Shown here: piece after piece, positions 22,918 through 32,630 of the stretch | Numbering within the stretch: the first letter of the stretch is position 1 | Layout of the letters: each line of letters begins with the position of its first letter | Program-made: the position numbers and the translations under genes | NCBI GenBank assembly: GCA_017794945.1 | Contig: CP051239.1 | Coordinates: 1,538,692-1,602,691 of the forward strand | Source: Alcanivorax sp. | GTDB taxonomy: Bacteria > Pseudomonadota > Gammaproteobacteria > Pseudomonadales > Alcanivoracaceae | Length of the DNA: 64,000 nt | Reading direction: 5' to 3' | The notes under the pieces: model-generated | What the model saw: the letters and a program-made list of their open reading frames with translations, nothing else | The model's database searches: none | What the model was told of the DNA's origin: nothing

Positions 22918-23787
22918 CTACTGGCCGCCGTCCGGCCGGTATTCTTCGCGGATCACCCCTTCCAGGTCTTTCCACGGCAGCGTCAGGGTGGGCTGGCCCA
23001 TCACATAGGGGGCGATGGAATAGACGTCGTAATGCAGCACTAGGCCCTTGCGGGTGAGCCGGAAGTCGCTGCTCTCCTGGAACGGCCAGGCCTGGCGGAA
23101 GTCCTCGTCGGAATCCACTTCCTTTTCCAGCCAGCGTTAGTGGGCGCGGCGCGCGGCCGCTTCGAAGGCGTCTTCCTGGCCCGGGTTAATCACCTGCCCC
23201 AGGGACACCGGGCGGTGCGCGGCCAGATCCCAGTTCAGCCAGCGTGTCACCGGCAGGCCATGGGCACCGCCGGTGAATTCGTAGCTGTCGATGGCCACCG
23301 TCAGCAGGTCCTTCCAGCGGCCCAGCTGGCGGCTTTCACCGCTGAGCTCCCAGCCCCGGGCACCGTCGCCGGGAATCCCGGCGGCGGTGGTGAGAAAGCG
23401 GTCGGCGGCCTCTTCCAGGGTTTTCGGCGGGGCCCCCTGGTCCTCGCCGTTACCGCTCAGCTGCCGGATCATGCGGCGGCGCACCGCCTGGTTCAGCTCC
23501 GGGTGGCCTTCGTAGAGCTTCAGGTCCACGGCCACTTTGGCGCAGTCGTCGCCGCTGCAGTTGTCGGCGCGGCGGCGCAGGGTTTCCTCGCGGGTTTCCA
23601 GCTTGCCCTCGGGCGCCGCCGTTGCCGGCGGCTCGCTCTGCTGCGCGGCGCCGTTATCGGCCGGAGCCGGCTGCTTCTCGCCTTCGGGTTGCTCCGGGCC
23701 GTTGTCACAGGCGCTCAGGGCCAGCAGCGCGGCCAGCGCGCCGGCTCGTAACCAGGGGGATAATACGTTGCAGCGGCGTTCCGGCAT
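22918..23787 (-). pseudogene. DUF3298/RsiV-like lipoprotein interrupted by an in-frame TAA
   Basis: Lipobox LSAC; YEFTGGAHG motif; frame continues AARRAH*RWLEKEVDSDEDF..YDVYSIAPYVMGQP; stop at 23137-23139. Confidence 0.82.
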
Positions 23788-23888
23788 GACAGCTTCCTGA
23801 GTGAGTGGCGGGTCCGTCGTGGACAGCCACCGAGCATGCCCTGATTGCCCGTTACCGGGCAACCCGGGAAGCCGTGCCGAAACCGTTT

Positions 23889-25607
23889 TCAGTCCACTTT
23901 TTCGAAATAGCCGAGCAGGCGCAGGGCGGCGATCTTGTCGCCGTCGATATCCAGGTCGTCGCCGGCCAGGGCGGTCACCGCGCTGCGGTTGCCGGCGGCG
24001 ATCGCCTTCCAGACCGGTTCGCGGGTGTGCAGCACCGCCACGGTGTCTTCCGCCAGGCCCGGGCGCACCTGGGCCACGCCCCGGCGGATTTCCAGGGTGA
24101 AGCGTCGGTCGCTGTCGGCGAACTGGAAGCCGAGCTTCTCGTGCACATCGAGGGTGTCTTCCGCCTTCAGGAAGGCCGGCATGGCGGCCAGGAAGTTGTC
24201 GATCGGCAGGGTGTCGAGAAAGCCTTCCGGTGGCTCGGTGCGGAAGCCGGGGTTCAGACCGTCCGCTTCTTCCCGGGCGGCGGTGAAGTAGTAGTTGCGG
24301 GCGTTGGGGTTGGCTTCCACCTCGCCCAGCCGGCGCAGGGCTTCGGCGCGCAGCTGATTGACCGCGTCGTCGTCCGGGCGCAGCGCGCGCAGGTGGTCGC
24401 TGAGGCTGAGCGCCCACTGGGCGTCGCCCTGCTCCAGGGCGGCGCGGGCCTTGTCCGCCAGGGCCTGCTCGCCGCCGGCCAGCTCGGCCATGTGGCGCGC
24501 CTGCTGCTCGCCGGGCAGCGGCTGCAGGGTGCTGGGGTTACCGTCGAACCAGCCCAGGTAGCCGTCGAACACCGAGCGCACCGACCAGCTCACCTTGCCG
24601 TAGAACTCCTGCAGCCAGGGGCTTTCCGCCAGATGCGGCGGCAGCTGCACGCGCTCGACGATCTGATCGGGGGTCAGGCCCTTGTTCATGTGGCGCAGGG
24701 TCTGGTCGTGCACGTACTGGATCGCGTCGCGGTAATCGGTGAGGGTGTCGTGGATGCGCTCGCGGCCGCTCAGCGGACGGGTGTGGCTGGGCACCAGGAA
24801 CTCGGCGTCCAGGGCGCGGATCTTGTCCAGGCTGGCGGCCCACTTCTGCACGTCCCGGTAATAGGTGCCGCGGATGGTGTAGAGGTTGGGGAAGGTCTGA
24901 TAGATGTTGTCGCCGCTGAGCACCACCTTCTTCTCCGGCAGCCATACGAACAGCTGATCCTCGGTCTCGCCGGGGGCGTGCACCAGTTCCAGCTTGATGC
25001 CGGCGATGGTGGTTTCCAGGCGCTCATCCACGGTGTGGTCCGGCGGCAGGGCGAACAGCGTGCTCTCTTCGCTGACGCCCAGATGGGGGCCGATGCCGTC
25101 GTTGATGCGCTCGCCCTCGGGCAGATGGTGGCCGAACATGCGCATGGAGCGCGTGGTGATGATCGGCCGGATCTGATTCACCACCCGGTTGATGTAATAG
25201 CCGGTGCTCTGGTGGGCGTACACCGGCACCTCGCCGGGGGCGGCGAAGGCCCGCGCGCCGAACACATGGTCGGCGTGGTTGTGGGTGTAGATGATCGCCG
25301 CGATCGGCTTGTCGGTGATCTCGCGGAAGGCGGCCAGCACCGCTTCCCCTTCCGCCACCGTTTCCATGGTGTCGACGATAATGATGCCGTCGTCGCCTTC
25401 CAGCATAATGGAATTGGCGAGGCCGAAGCCCACCGCCACGTGAACGCCGTCGGTGACTTCCACCACCTCTTTCTCGAACAGCTTGCTGTGTTCGCGCAGC
25501 GCGTCGGGGGCCGGGGTGGCCCGAGGTTCGGGGGCGGAGCTGCCGCCGCAGGCGGCCAGGGCGGCCGCGCCGACCGCCATAACAAAAAACAGAACCGGGT
25601 ATCGCAT
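23889..25607 (-). CDS. Alkyl sulfatase (SdsA1/BDS1 family; MBL fold, dimerisation and SCP2-like domains), lipoprotein
   Basis: Lipobox LAAC; YTHNHADH, APGET, FPNLYTIRGT, LVPSH, QEFYG. Confidence 0.88.
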   Translation of the reverse strand: MRYPVLFFVMAVGAAALAACGGSSAPEPRATPAPDALREHSKLFEKEVVEVTDGVHVAVGFGLANSIMLEGDDGIIIVDTMETVAEGEAVLAAFREITDKPIAAIIYTHNHADHVFGARAFAAPGEVPVYAHQSTGYYINRVVNQIRPIITTRSMRMFGHHLPEGERINDGIGPHLGVSEESTLFALPPDHTVDERLETTIAGIKLELVHAPGETEDQLFVWLPEKKVVLSGDNIYQTFPNLYTIRGTYYRDVQKWAASLDKIRALDAEFLVPSHTRPLSGRERIHDTLTDYRDAIQYVHDQTLRHMNKGLTPDQIVERVQLPPHLAESPWLQEFYGKVSWSVRSVFDGYLGWFDGNPSTLQPLPGEQQARHMAELAGGEQALADKARAALEQGDAQWALSLSDHLRALRPDDDAVNQLRAEALRRLGEVEANPNARNYYFTAAREEADGLNPGFRTEPPEGFLDTLPIDNFLAAMPAFLKAEDTLDVHEKLGFQFADSDRRFTLEIRRGVAQVRPGLAEDTVAVLHTREPVWKAIAAGNRSAVTALAGDDLDIDGDKIAALRLLGYFEKVD

Positions 25608-25703
25608 GGAATCTTGTCCTTATTCTGAGAGTGCCAGGCAGGCTAGCGCCGCCGGGCCGGGCCACCAAGGTGGCAAGCGGCCACCGGCTGGTGGCCGCTG
25701 ACC

Positions 25704-26705
25704 ATGGCGCCGTTCACCGCCACCACCGTGGCCGCCTGGCCGCTGGCTGTGCTCGACACCCTGGCGCGCCGGGGCCTGGACGGCGACCTGGCGCTGCGTG
25801 AAGCGGGCCTGGAGCGCGCCTGGCTGACCGCCAACCCCGGTGGCCGGGTGACCGTGGCGGCGATGGGCCGGCTGTGGGCCGCCGCCGAGCGGCTCAGCGG
25901 TGACCCGGCCATCGGCTTGTACGTGGGCCTGGCGGCGCAGCCCATGCACCTGCGGATACTCGGCCTGCTGGTGCAGACCGCCCCGAGCCTGGACCACGTG
26001 ATCGACTTCGCGGTGCGCTTTCAGGCGCTGGTCTCCAACAGCGTCACGGTGTCCCGGGTGCACCGGCCCGGCGCCGAGGGGCTGGCGATCCGGCCGCTGG
26101 ACGGCACGCCGGTGCACCCCTGCGCCCTGGACGCCTTTATCGCCGCCCATGTCCAGCACCTGCTCCGGGTGGCGCCGGCCGGCGCGGTCACCGAAGTGGC
26201 GCTGCGCCGTTCCGAGCCGGCGGACCCGCGCCCCTGGCAGGCCAGGCTGTGCCGACAGGTGGTGTTCGGCGCCGACGCCGACGTGGTCTGGCACGACCGG
26301 GCGCGGCTGCACACGCCCCTGCCCCTGGGCGACGACGGCCTCTCCCGGCAGCACCAGCAACTGGCCGAGCAGGCGCTGGCGGAGCTCGACCGCTCGCCGC
26401 CGCTGGTCCAGACCCTGCGCGGCCTGCTGCGGGTGCGCCCCGGCGGGCCGCCCACCCTGGGCGAGCTGGCCGCGGCGGTGAACCTGAGTGAGCGCTCGCT
26501 GCGCCGCCATCTGGCCGAAGCCGGCAGCGGCTACCGCCGTCTTATCGAGGAGCACAGCGCCGAGCGGGCCGCCGCCCTGCTGCGCAGCAGCGAGCGCTCG
26601 GTGGCGGAGGTGGCCGACCAGCTGGGGTTCTCGGACGCCAGCAATTTCAGCAAGGCCTTCAAGCGCTGGTACGGCGTCAGCCCGGACCGCTTCCGGCAGC
26701 GCTGA
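25704..26705 (+). CDS. AraC-family regulator (OruR/VqsM-like)
   Basis: C-terminal SERSLRRHL..VADQLGFSDASNFSKAFKRWYGVSP; divergent from the sulfatase. Confidence 0.88.
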   Translation: MAPFTATTVAAWPLAVLDTLARRGLDGDLALREAGLERAWLTANPGGRVTVAAMGRLWAAAERLSGDPAIGLYVGLAAQPMHLRILGLLVQTAPSLDHVIDFAVRFQALVSNSVTVSRVHRPGAEGLAIRPLDGTPVHPCALDAFIAAHVQHLLRVAPAGAVTEVALRRSEPADPRPWQARLCRQVVFGADADVVWHDRARLHTPLPLGDDGLSRQHQQLAEQALAELDRSPPLVQTLRGLLRVRPGGPPTLGELAAAVNLSERSLRRHLAEAGSGYRRLIEEHSAERAAALLRSSERSVAEVADQLGFSDASNFSKAFKRWYGVSPDRFRQR

Positions 26706-26715
26706 GGCCCGGTTA

Positions 26716-26755
26716 TCAGAGCTGACGCCCTGTTTTCAGAGCTGACGCCCTGTTT
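26716..26755. repeat. Perfect 20-bp tandem duplication
   Basis: TCAGAGCTGACGCCCTGTTT x2. Confidence 0.9.
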
Positions 26756-26828
26756 TGCACAATTTTTCCCCGCTCTGCCTTGCCAGCGGCAATACTGCCT
26801 CCATGTACACGGGTAACTCGAAAAAATC

Positions 26829-27314
26829 ATGGAGCGAATAACGATGCGACAGTCATTGCTTCTGGCGGCGACCCTGATGATGGTCACCACCGCCACCAGC
26901 TGGGCACAGAGCACCACCGAGGGAACGCCCAACATCAAGCAGCCTGATCAGGAAAACGTCTCCGCGCAGATGCGTGACACCTGGGAGGTCTTCAAGAACT
27001 TCTCCGTGGAGCAGAAGAACGAAGCGGTGGAGATGGCCCGCCGGGCGCTGGCCAACCTGGATGAGGAAATCGACGAAGCTCAGAATGAGATCGATCGGGG
27101 CTGGCAGAACCTGTCCCAGGAAGCGCGCCTGGAAAAGCAGGAAACCCTCAGCGAGTTGAAGGACGAGCGCGAGGAACTGCAGGCTGAATATCAGGAACTG
27201 CAGGCCGCCAGTGACGACAACTGGGAAGAAGCCAAGCGCCGCTTCGGTAGCGCCTGGCAGTCCACCAAGCAGGCCTGGCGCGACCTGACCGCGCCGAATC
27301 CCGACGCGGAGTAA
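26829..27314 (+). CDS. Secreted alpha-helical hypothetical protein
   Basis: Signal peptide ending ..TSWA-QS; Glu/Gln-rich coiled-coil composition. Confidence 0.7.
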   Translation: MERITMRQSLLLAATLMMVTTATSWAQSTTEGTPNIKQPDQENVSAQMRDTWEVFKNFSVEQKNEAVEMARRALANLDEEIDEAQNEIDRGWQNLSQEARLEKQETLSELKDEREELQAEYQELQAASDDNWEEAKRRFGSAWQSTKQAWRDLTAPNPDAE

Positions 27315-27326
27315 CCGGCAAGACCC

Positions 27327-27427
27327 GTAGGTCGGGTTAGGCCAAAGGCCGTAACCCGACAGACGCTACCAGAATGGCCGTGTCGGACAGACCGTGTCGG
27401 ATTACGCCTTTGGCTAATCCGACCTAC
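27327..27427. repeat. REPIN: inverted pair of GTAG-family REPs
   Basis: GTAGGTCGGGTTAGGCCAAAGGCCGTAACCCGAC ... GTCGGATTACGCCTTTGGCTAATCCGACCTAC. Confidence 0.85.
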
Positions 27428-29502
27428 ACGTCGGCGAAATGCTCGCCGCCGCGCAGCCAGCGGCGCAGCAGGCGCTCCACGCGATCGGGGTATTGCTCTA
27501 GCAATGCCGCCGCCACTTCCCGGGCCGGCGCCATGAGCGCCTCGTCGCGTACCAGGTCGGCGATGCGGAACGCCAGGTCGCCGGTCTGGCGGGTGCCGAG
27601 CCACTCGCCGGGGCCGCGTAATTTCAGGTCTTCCTCGGCGATCACGAAGCCGTCGCTGGTGTCGCGCATCACCGCCAGGCGCTTCTTGGCGGTGAACGAC
27701 AGTGGCGTCTGATAGAGCAGCAGGCAGTAGCTCTGCTCGCCGCCCCGTCCCACGCGCCCGCGCAGCTGGTGCAGCTGCGCCAGCCCCAGCCGTTCCGCGT
27801 TTTCCATCACCATCAGGGTGGCGTTGGGCACGTCCACGCCCACCTCGATCACGGTGGTGGCCACCAGCAGCTGCGCTTCACCGCTGGAAAAACGGGCCAT
27901 CCGCTCGGCTTTTTCCTTGGCCTTCATGCGCCCGTGCACCAGTTCCACGGTGAGTTCGGGCAGCGCCTCCTGCAGGGTTTCGAAGGTGGCTTCAGCGGCC
28001 TGGGCCTGCAGCTCGTCGGATTCCTCGATCAGGGTGCACACCCAATAGGCCTGGGTGCCTTCCTGGCAGGCGGCGCGGATGCGCGCCACCACGTCGTCGC
28101 GGCGCGAGGTGGGCAGCGCCAGGGTCTGGATCGGCTTGCGGCCGGGCGGCATTTCGTCGATCACCGAGGTGTCCAGGTCACCGTACACGCTCATCGCCAG
28201 GGTGCGCGGAATCGGCGTGGCGGTGAGGGTGAGCTGGTGCGGCACCTGATTGCCGAAGCGGCCTTTTTCGCGCAGTGCCAGCCGCTGCTGCACGCCGAAA
28301 CGGTGCTGCTCGTCGATGATGATCAGCCCCAGGCGCTGGAACACCACCGCGTCCTGGAACAGGGCGTGGGTCCCCACCACCAGGGCGCCGTGGCCTTCGG
28401 CCAGGGCCGCCAGCGTCTCCCGGCGCGCCTTGGCGCCGACGCTGCCGGCCAGCCAGTGCACGTCGATGCCCAGCGGCGCCAGCCAGTGGCGGAAATTGGC
28501 CAGGTGCTGCTCGGCGAGCAGTTCCGTGGGCGCCATCAACGCCACCTGGTAGCCGGATTCGATCGCCACCAGGGCGGCGGCGGCGGCCACCAGGGTTTTG
28601 CCGGAGCCCACGTCCCCCTGGATCAGGCGCAGCATCGGGTGCTGGCGGGCCAGGTCGGCGCGGATCTCCCCGATCACCCTTTGCTGGGCGCCGGTGAGCT
28701 GGAACGGCAGCGCCTTGAGCAGCTTGCCGGTGAGCGCCTCGCCGCTCAGCACCGGCGCCGACAGCGCCTTCTGGCCGGCCCGTTTGGCCAGCATGCCAAG
28801 TTGGTGGGCGACCATCTCTTCCATCACCAGGCGCTTCACCGCCGGGTGATTGCCGTCCAGCAGCAGGTCCACCGGGTCGTCCGGTTGCGGGTGATGCAGC
28901 TTGGTGAGGGCCTGGGCCAGGCCGGGCAGGCCGCTCTGATCCAGCAACTGCCGGGGGATCAACTCTTCCGGCGCATGGGTCTGTAGCCACTGCAGGCCCT
29001 GGGCGGCGAGATTGCGCAGCAGCTTCTGGCTGACCCCTTCGGTGGTCGGGTAGACCGGAGTCAGGGCTTTTTCCAGCGGTGGGATATCCGGGCCGGACTG
29101 GTATTCCGGATGGTAGAACTCCAGGCCGGCGGCGCCGGGGCGGGGCTCGCCGTAGACGCGGATGCGGCGGCCTTTTTCCAGCGCGTTCTTCTGCGCCGCG
29201 CTGAAGTGATAAAAGCGCAGCGCCACCAGGCCGGTGCCGTCGGCCACCTTGCACAGCAGCGAGCGGCGTTTGCCGAACACCACGTCGGCGGCCATCACCT
29301 CGCCTTCGATCACCACGCCCTGTTCCGGGCGCAGGCTGCCGATGGGGGTGATGCGGGTGCGGTCTTCGTAGCGGAACGGCAGATGGAAGAGCACATCTTC
29401 CAGGGTCGCCAGCCCGAGCCGGGCCAGCCGTTCCGCCGCCCGGGGGCCGACACCCTTAAGACGGGTAATGTCGATCGTCTCCAGGGCGGCGGGCGGGCTC
29501 AT
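27424..29502 (-). CDS. recG: ATP-dependent DNA helicase RecG
   Basis: QGDVGSGKT, DEQHRFG, TATPIPRT, QLHQLRGRVGRG; ATG 29502. Confidence 0.96.
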   Translation of the reverse strand: MSPPAALETIDITRLKGVGPRAAERLARLGLATLEDVLFHLPFRYEDRTRITPIGSLRPEQGVVIEGEVMAADVVFGKRRSLLCKVADGTGLVALRFYHFSAAQKNALEKGRRIRVYGEPRPGAAGLEFYHPEYQSGPDIPPLEKALTPVYPTTEGVSQKLLRNLAAQGLQWLQTHAPEELIPRQLLDQSGLPGLAQALTKLHHPQPDDPVDLLLDGNHPAVKRLVMEEMVAHQLGMLAKRAGQKALSAPVLSGEALTGKLLKALPFQLTGAQQRVIGEIRADLARQHPMLRLIQGDVGSGKTLVAAAAALVAIESGYQVALMAPTELLAEQHLANFRHWLAPLGIDVHWLAGSVGAKARRETLAALAEGHGALVVGTHALFQDAVVFQRLGLIIIDEQHRFGVQQRLALREKGRFGNQVPHQLTLTATPIPRTLAMSVYGDLDTSVIDEMPPGRKPIQTLALPTSRRDDVVARIRAACQEGTQAYWVCTLIEESDELQAQAAEATFETLQEALPELTVELVHGRMKAKEKAERMARFSSGEAQLLVATTVIEVGVDVPNATLMVMENAERLGLAQLHQLRGRVGRGGEQSYCLLLYQTPLSFTAKKRLAVMRDTSDGFVIAEEDLKLRGPGEWLGTRQTGDLAFRIADLVRDEALMAPAREVAAALLEQYPDRVERLLRRWLRGGEHFADV

Positions 29503-29503
29503 A

Positions 29504-30406
29504 TCAGGCGGCGAGGCCCTCGCGGGGCACCGCGTGGCGCAGCACTTCGATGGCCTTGGGGCGCGGGAAGCTGTCGCGCCACACCAGGGCGATGGTGCGT
29601 GACGGCACCGGCGCCGCGAACGGACGCACCGCGAAGGTGCTCTTGTCGTAGCCGTGCTGGTAGAGCGCGGAGTTGGGCAACACGGTGATGCCGAGACCGG
29701 AGGCGACCATGTGGCGCAGGGTTTCCAGCGAGCCGCCTTCGATCTGTACCAGGTTGCGCTGGCGCTCGGAATCGATCGCCGGGCACAGCTCCAGCACCTG
29801 GTCGCGGAAGCAGTGGCCTTCGCCGAGCAGCAGCAGGGTCTCGTCGAGCATCTGTTCCGGCTGGATTTGCTTCTGCTTGGTCCAGGGGTGGTCGCCGGGC
29901 AGCAGCACCGAGAAGGACTCCTCGTACATCTGCGCGCGCACCAGGCCGCCGCCGGAGAACGGCAGCGCCACGATGATGGCGTCCAGCTCGCCACGGTCGA
30001 GCTTGCCACGCAGCACATGGGTGTAGTTTTCTTCGATGAACAGCGGCATGTCCGGCGCTTCCGCCCGCACCCGCGGTATCATGGTGGGGAACAGGTACGG
30101 CGCCACGGTGAAGATGGCGCCCACCCGCAGCGGCGAGCCCAGCTGATCGCGCTGGCTCATGGCCATCTGCTCGAGCAGGTCGGCCTGCTCCAGCACCCGC
30201 TGGGCCTGGGCGATGATCGGCTCCGCCTGGGGGGTGACCACCACCTCCCGGGGGCGCCGTTCGAACAATGGCATGCCGAGCTGCTCTTCCAGCTTTTTGA
30301 TCGCCGCGCTCAGCGTCGGCTGGCTGACGTTGCAGACCTGGGCGGCGTGGCCGAAATGACGTTCCCGGGCCAGTGCGACCAGATAGCGTAGTTCTGTTAG
30401 TGTCAT
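29504..30406 (-). CDS. oxyR: H2O2-sensing LysR regulator OxyR
   Basis: LLGEGHCFRDQVLELC carries both redox Cys; oxyR-recG operon as in pseudomonads. Confidence 0.94.
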   Translation of the reverse strand: MTLTELRYLVALARERHFGHAAQVCNVSQPTLSAAIKKLEEQLGMPLFERRPREVVVTPQAEPIIAQAQRVLEQADLLEQMAMSQRDQLGSPLRVGAIFTVAPYLFPTMIPRVRAEAPDMPLFIEENYTHVLRGKLDRGELDAIIVALPFSGGGLVRAQMYEESFSVLLPGDHPWTKQKQIQPEQMLDETLLLLGEGHCFRDQVLELCPAIDSERQRNLVQIEGGSLETLRHMVASGLGITVLPNSALYQHGYDKSTFAVRPFAAPVPSRTIALVWRDSFPRPKAIEVLRHAVPREGLAA

Positions 30407-30457
30407 AAGCGTAAAAACTTTTTTCGATGATAGGCCATTGTGCCGGACTCAAAGACT

Positions 30458-31276
30458 ATGAGCCATATTCTAATTGCCGGTCTCGGCGACCTGGGCCGCG
30501 GCCTGGCGGAAAACCTGCTGGCCGCCGGCCACCGCGTCAGCGGCATACGCCGGGGCAGCGACGCCCCCAGCGGCGTGGACCTGTACAGCCAGGATTTGCT
30601 CGACGGCGCCCGCCTGCTGCCGCCGGACCGGGTCGACCTGCTGGTGATCATCATGACCCCCAGTGAGTACTCGGAGGAAGGGTACCTGAAAGCCTATGTG
30701 CGCGCGCCGCTCAATCTGCTCGACGCGCTGGCCGAACAGCAGCCCCTGCCGCCGATTCTGTTCGTCTCCAGCAGCGCCGTGTTCGGTGACCTGGAAGGCG
30801 ACGTGGACGAGACCACACCGCCGGCGCCGACCCGCTATAACGGCAAGGTGGTGCTGGCCGCCGAGCAGGAGATCAGCACCCGTGGCCTGACCACGGTGGT
30901 GCGGTTCAGCGGCATTTACGGCCCCGGCCGCAACCGCCTGCTGACCAAGGTGGCGCGGATGGCGCGCGACGACGAGCCGCTGCCGGAAGCGAAGTGGAGC
31001 AACCGCATCCACCGCGATGACTGCGTCGGCCTGCTGGGCAATCTGGTGGGGCGCTGGCTGTCCGGCGAGACGGTGCCGCCGCTGGTGGTGGGCACCGACA
31101 ACAGCCCGGCCAGCAACCTGGACGTGTACCAGTGGCTGGCGCGGCAGCAGGGCCTGTCGCTGCCGGTGCCGGAGGCCAAGCCAAGCGGCAAGCGCGTCTA
31201 CAGCCGCTTTATCGCCGACGGCGGCTACACCCTCCGCTACCCCGACTTCCGCGCGGGCTACGCCACGCTCTTGTAG
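30458..31276 (+). CDS. NAD-dependent epimerase/atypical SDR
   Basis: ILIAGLGDLG, FVSSSAVFG, RFSGIYGPGR, NRIHRDD. Confidence 0.85.
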   Translation: MSHILIAGLGDLGRGLAENLLAAGHRVSGIRRGSDAPSGVDLYSQDLLDGARLLPPDRVDLLVIIMTPSEYSEEGYLKAYVRAPLNLLDALAEQQPLPPILFVSSSAVFGDLEGDVDETTPPAPTRYNGKVVLAAEQEISTRGLTTVVRFSGIYGPGRNRLLTKVARMARDDEPLPEAKWSNRIHRDDCVGLLGNLVGRWLSGETVPPLVVGTDNSPASNLDVYQWLARQQGLSLPVPEAKPSGKRVYSRFIADGGYTLRYPDFRAGYATLL

Positions 31277-31299
31277 GAGCGGGCCGGGCCCGCTCCCAC
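31273..31299. repeat. Collapsed GTAG/GTGG-type REP palindrome
   Basis: GTAGGAGCGGGC-cgg-GCCCGCTCCCAC; its TAG is the upstream gene's stop. Confidence 0.65.
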
Positions 31300-31318
31300 A
31301 AGGCGAATGGCCAGGCAC

Positions 31319-31343
31319 AAAAAAGCCGGGCGAGGGCCCGGCC
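31319..31343 (-). terminator. Terminator of the CBS-domain gene
   Basis: Minus strand GCCGGGC-loop-GCCCGGC then T6. Confidence 0.75.
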
Positions 31344-31367
31344 TATGTCGAGGAGGTGTCGGCGTGG

Positions 31368-31802
31368 TCAGGCCACGCGCTGGTACTGGGTGCTGCAGGA
31401 GGACACCGCGGACTGGATGCGCTCGTCGTCCTTGCCTTTGCTGGCGATGTCGGACAGCGAGATCACGCCCACCAGGCTTTTGCTGTCCCGGTCGTCCAGC
31501 ACGATCAAACGCTGCACCTGCTGCTCCTGCATGTTGGCGGCCACGTCGGCGACGTCGTCGTCCTGGAAGCAGTACAGCACCAGGCCGGTCATGCAATCCT
31601 TCACCGGCGTGTCCGGGCCTTTGCTTTCCGACAGGGCGCGGATCACCAGGTCCCGGTCGGTGGTGATGCCCACCAGGCGGTCGTGCTCCGCGATCGGCAG
31701 CACGCCCACATGGAGGTCGCGCATCATTTTGGCGGCGTCTTCCACGCTGGCATCGGTATTCAGGGTGCGGGGGGATTCGCTCATTACGTCCTGTACATTC
31801 AT
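31368..31802 (-). CDS. Tandem CBS-domain protein
   Basis: AAKMMRDLHVGVLPI..LVGITTDRDL..LVGVISLSDI; ATG 31802 after AGAAGGAG. Confidence 0.88.
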   Translation of the reverse strand: MNVQDVMSESPRTLNTDASVEDAAKMMRDLHVGVLPIAEHDRLVGITTDRDLVIRALSESKGPDTPVKDCMTGLVLYCFQDDDVADVAANMQEQQVQRLIVLDDRDSKSLVGVISLSDIASKGKDDERIQSAVSSCSTQYQRVA

Positions 31803-32131
31803 AGCCATAACTCCTTCTATTGCGACTGCTTTGCTGCAAATGCCTTTCGGCCGGCGCCGCGAATCCTTGCCGGCGCCGGAATTCAGCATCACAAACGGTG
31901 CCGCCGGTGGGCAAATCCCTATGAGAACGATTGCTGATAATCACCCCTTGTTCATGCCGGGGGCTTATAAGGGGACGGATTCACCGGCACTGGGCCTCGC
32001 CGCCCGGCTGCGGTATTGTTGGCGCCTTCGCCCGGCTTCCGGCGGCTCCAGGCCGTTGGTCCCCTTGTGCCGGGCGGTGGAATCGGTAGAGTGTGCGCCC
32101 TTGAAAGTGGCCTCCGCACGGGAGTGAAGCA

Positions 32132-32623
32132 ATGACGGTATCGGTAGCGGTTGTAATGGGGTCCCAGTCCGACTGGGAGACCATGAAAGAGGCTTGCGAC
32201 GCCCTCACCCAGTTCGGCGTGAGCTGGAAGGCGGAGGTGGTGTCCGCCCACCGTACCCCGCAACGCATGTACGACTTCGCCAAGAGCGCGGCGGATCAGG
32301 GTTACAAGGTGATCATCGCCGGCGCCGGCGGCGCCGCCCACCTGCCCGGCATGATCGCCGCCATGACGCCGCTGCCGGTGCTGGGCGTGCCGGTGCAGAG
32401 CCGCTCGTTGTCCGGCCTGGACAGCCTGCTGTCGATCGTGCAGATGCCCAAGGGCGTGGCCGTGGGCACCCTGGCCATCGGTTCCGCCGGCGCCTACAAC
32501 GCCGGCCTGCTGGCGGCGCAGATGCTGGGCAGCGACGACCCGGCCCTGCAGAAACGGATCGCCGACTGGAAAGCCGCCCGCGCCGATCAGGTGCTGGCGG
32601 ACGCGGAACTGGGTCAGGGGTAA
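32132..32623 (+). CDS. purE: N5-CAIR mutase
   Basis: [33 protein letters not shown]. Confidence 0.97.
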   Translation: MTVSVAVVMGSQSDWETMKEACDALTQFGVSWKAEVVSAHRTPQRMYDFAKSAADQGYKVIIAGAGGAAHLPGMIAAMTPLPVLGVPVQSRSLSGLDSLLSIVQMPKGVAVGTLAIGSAGAYNAGLLAAQMLGSDDPALQKRIADWKAARADQVLADAELGQG

Positions 32624-32630
32624 GCGCGGC

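Noticed and set aside
26716-27427. Repeats considered as a CRISPR array
   Set aside because: Only two adjacent copies without spacers, or an inverted REP pair; no cas genes in the window
27424-30018. 864-aa track ORF suggesting an N-terminally extended RecG
   Set aside because: The extension overlaps oxyR in another frame; RecG homology starts at ATG 29502. The same over-extension affects hemF, gmk, argB and the 23137-24417 ORF
31810-32130. Long CBS/purE intergenic region with GC-rich inverted segments (possible riboswitch or sRNA)
   Set aside because: No recognisable Rfam motif; would need a covariance search
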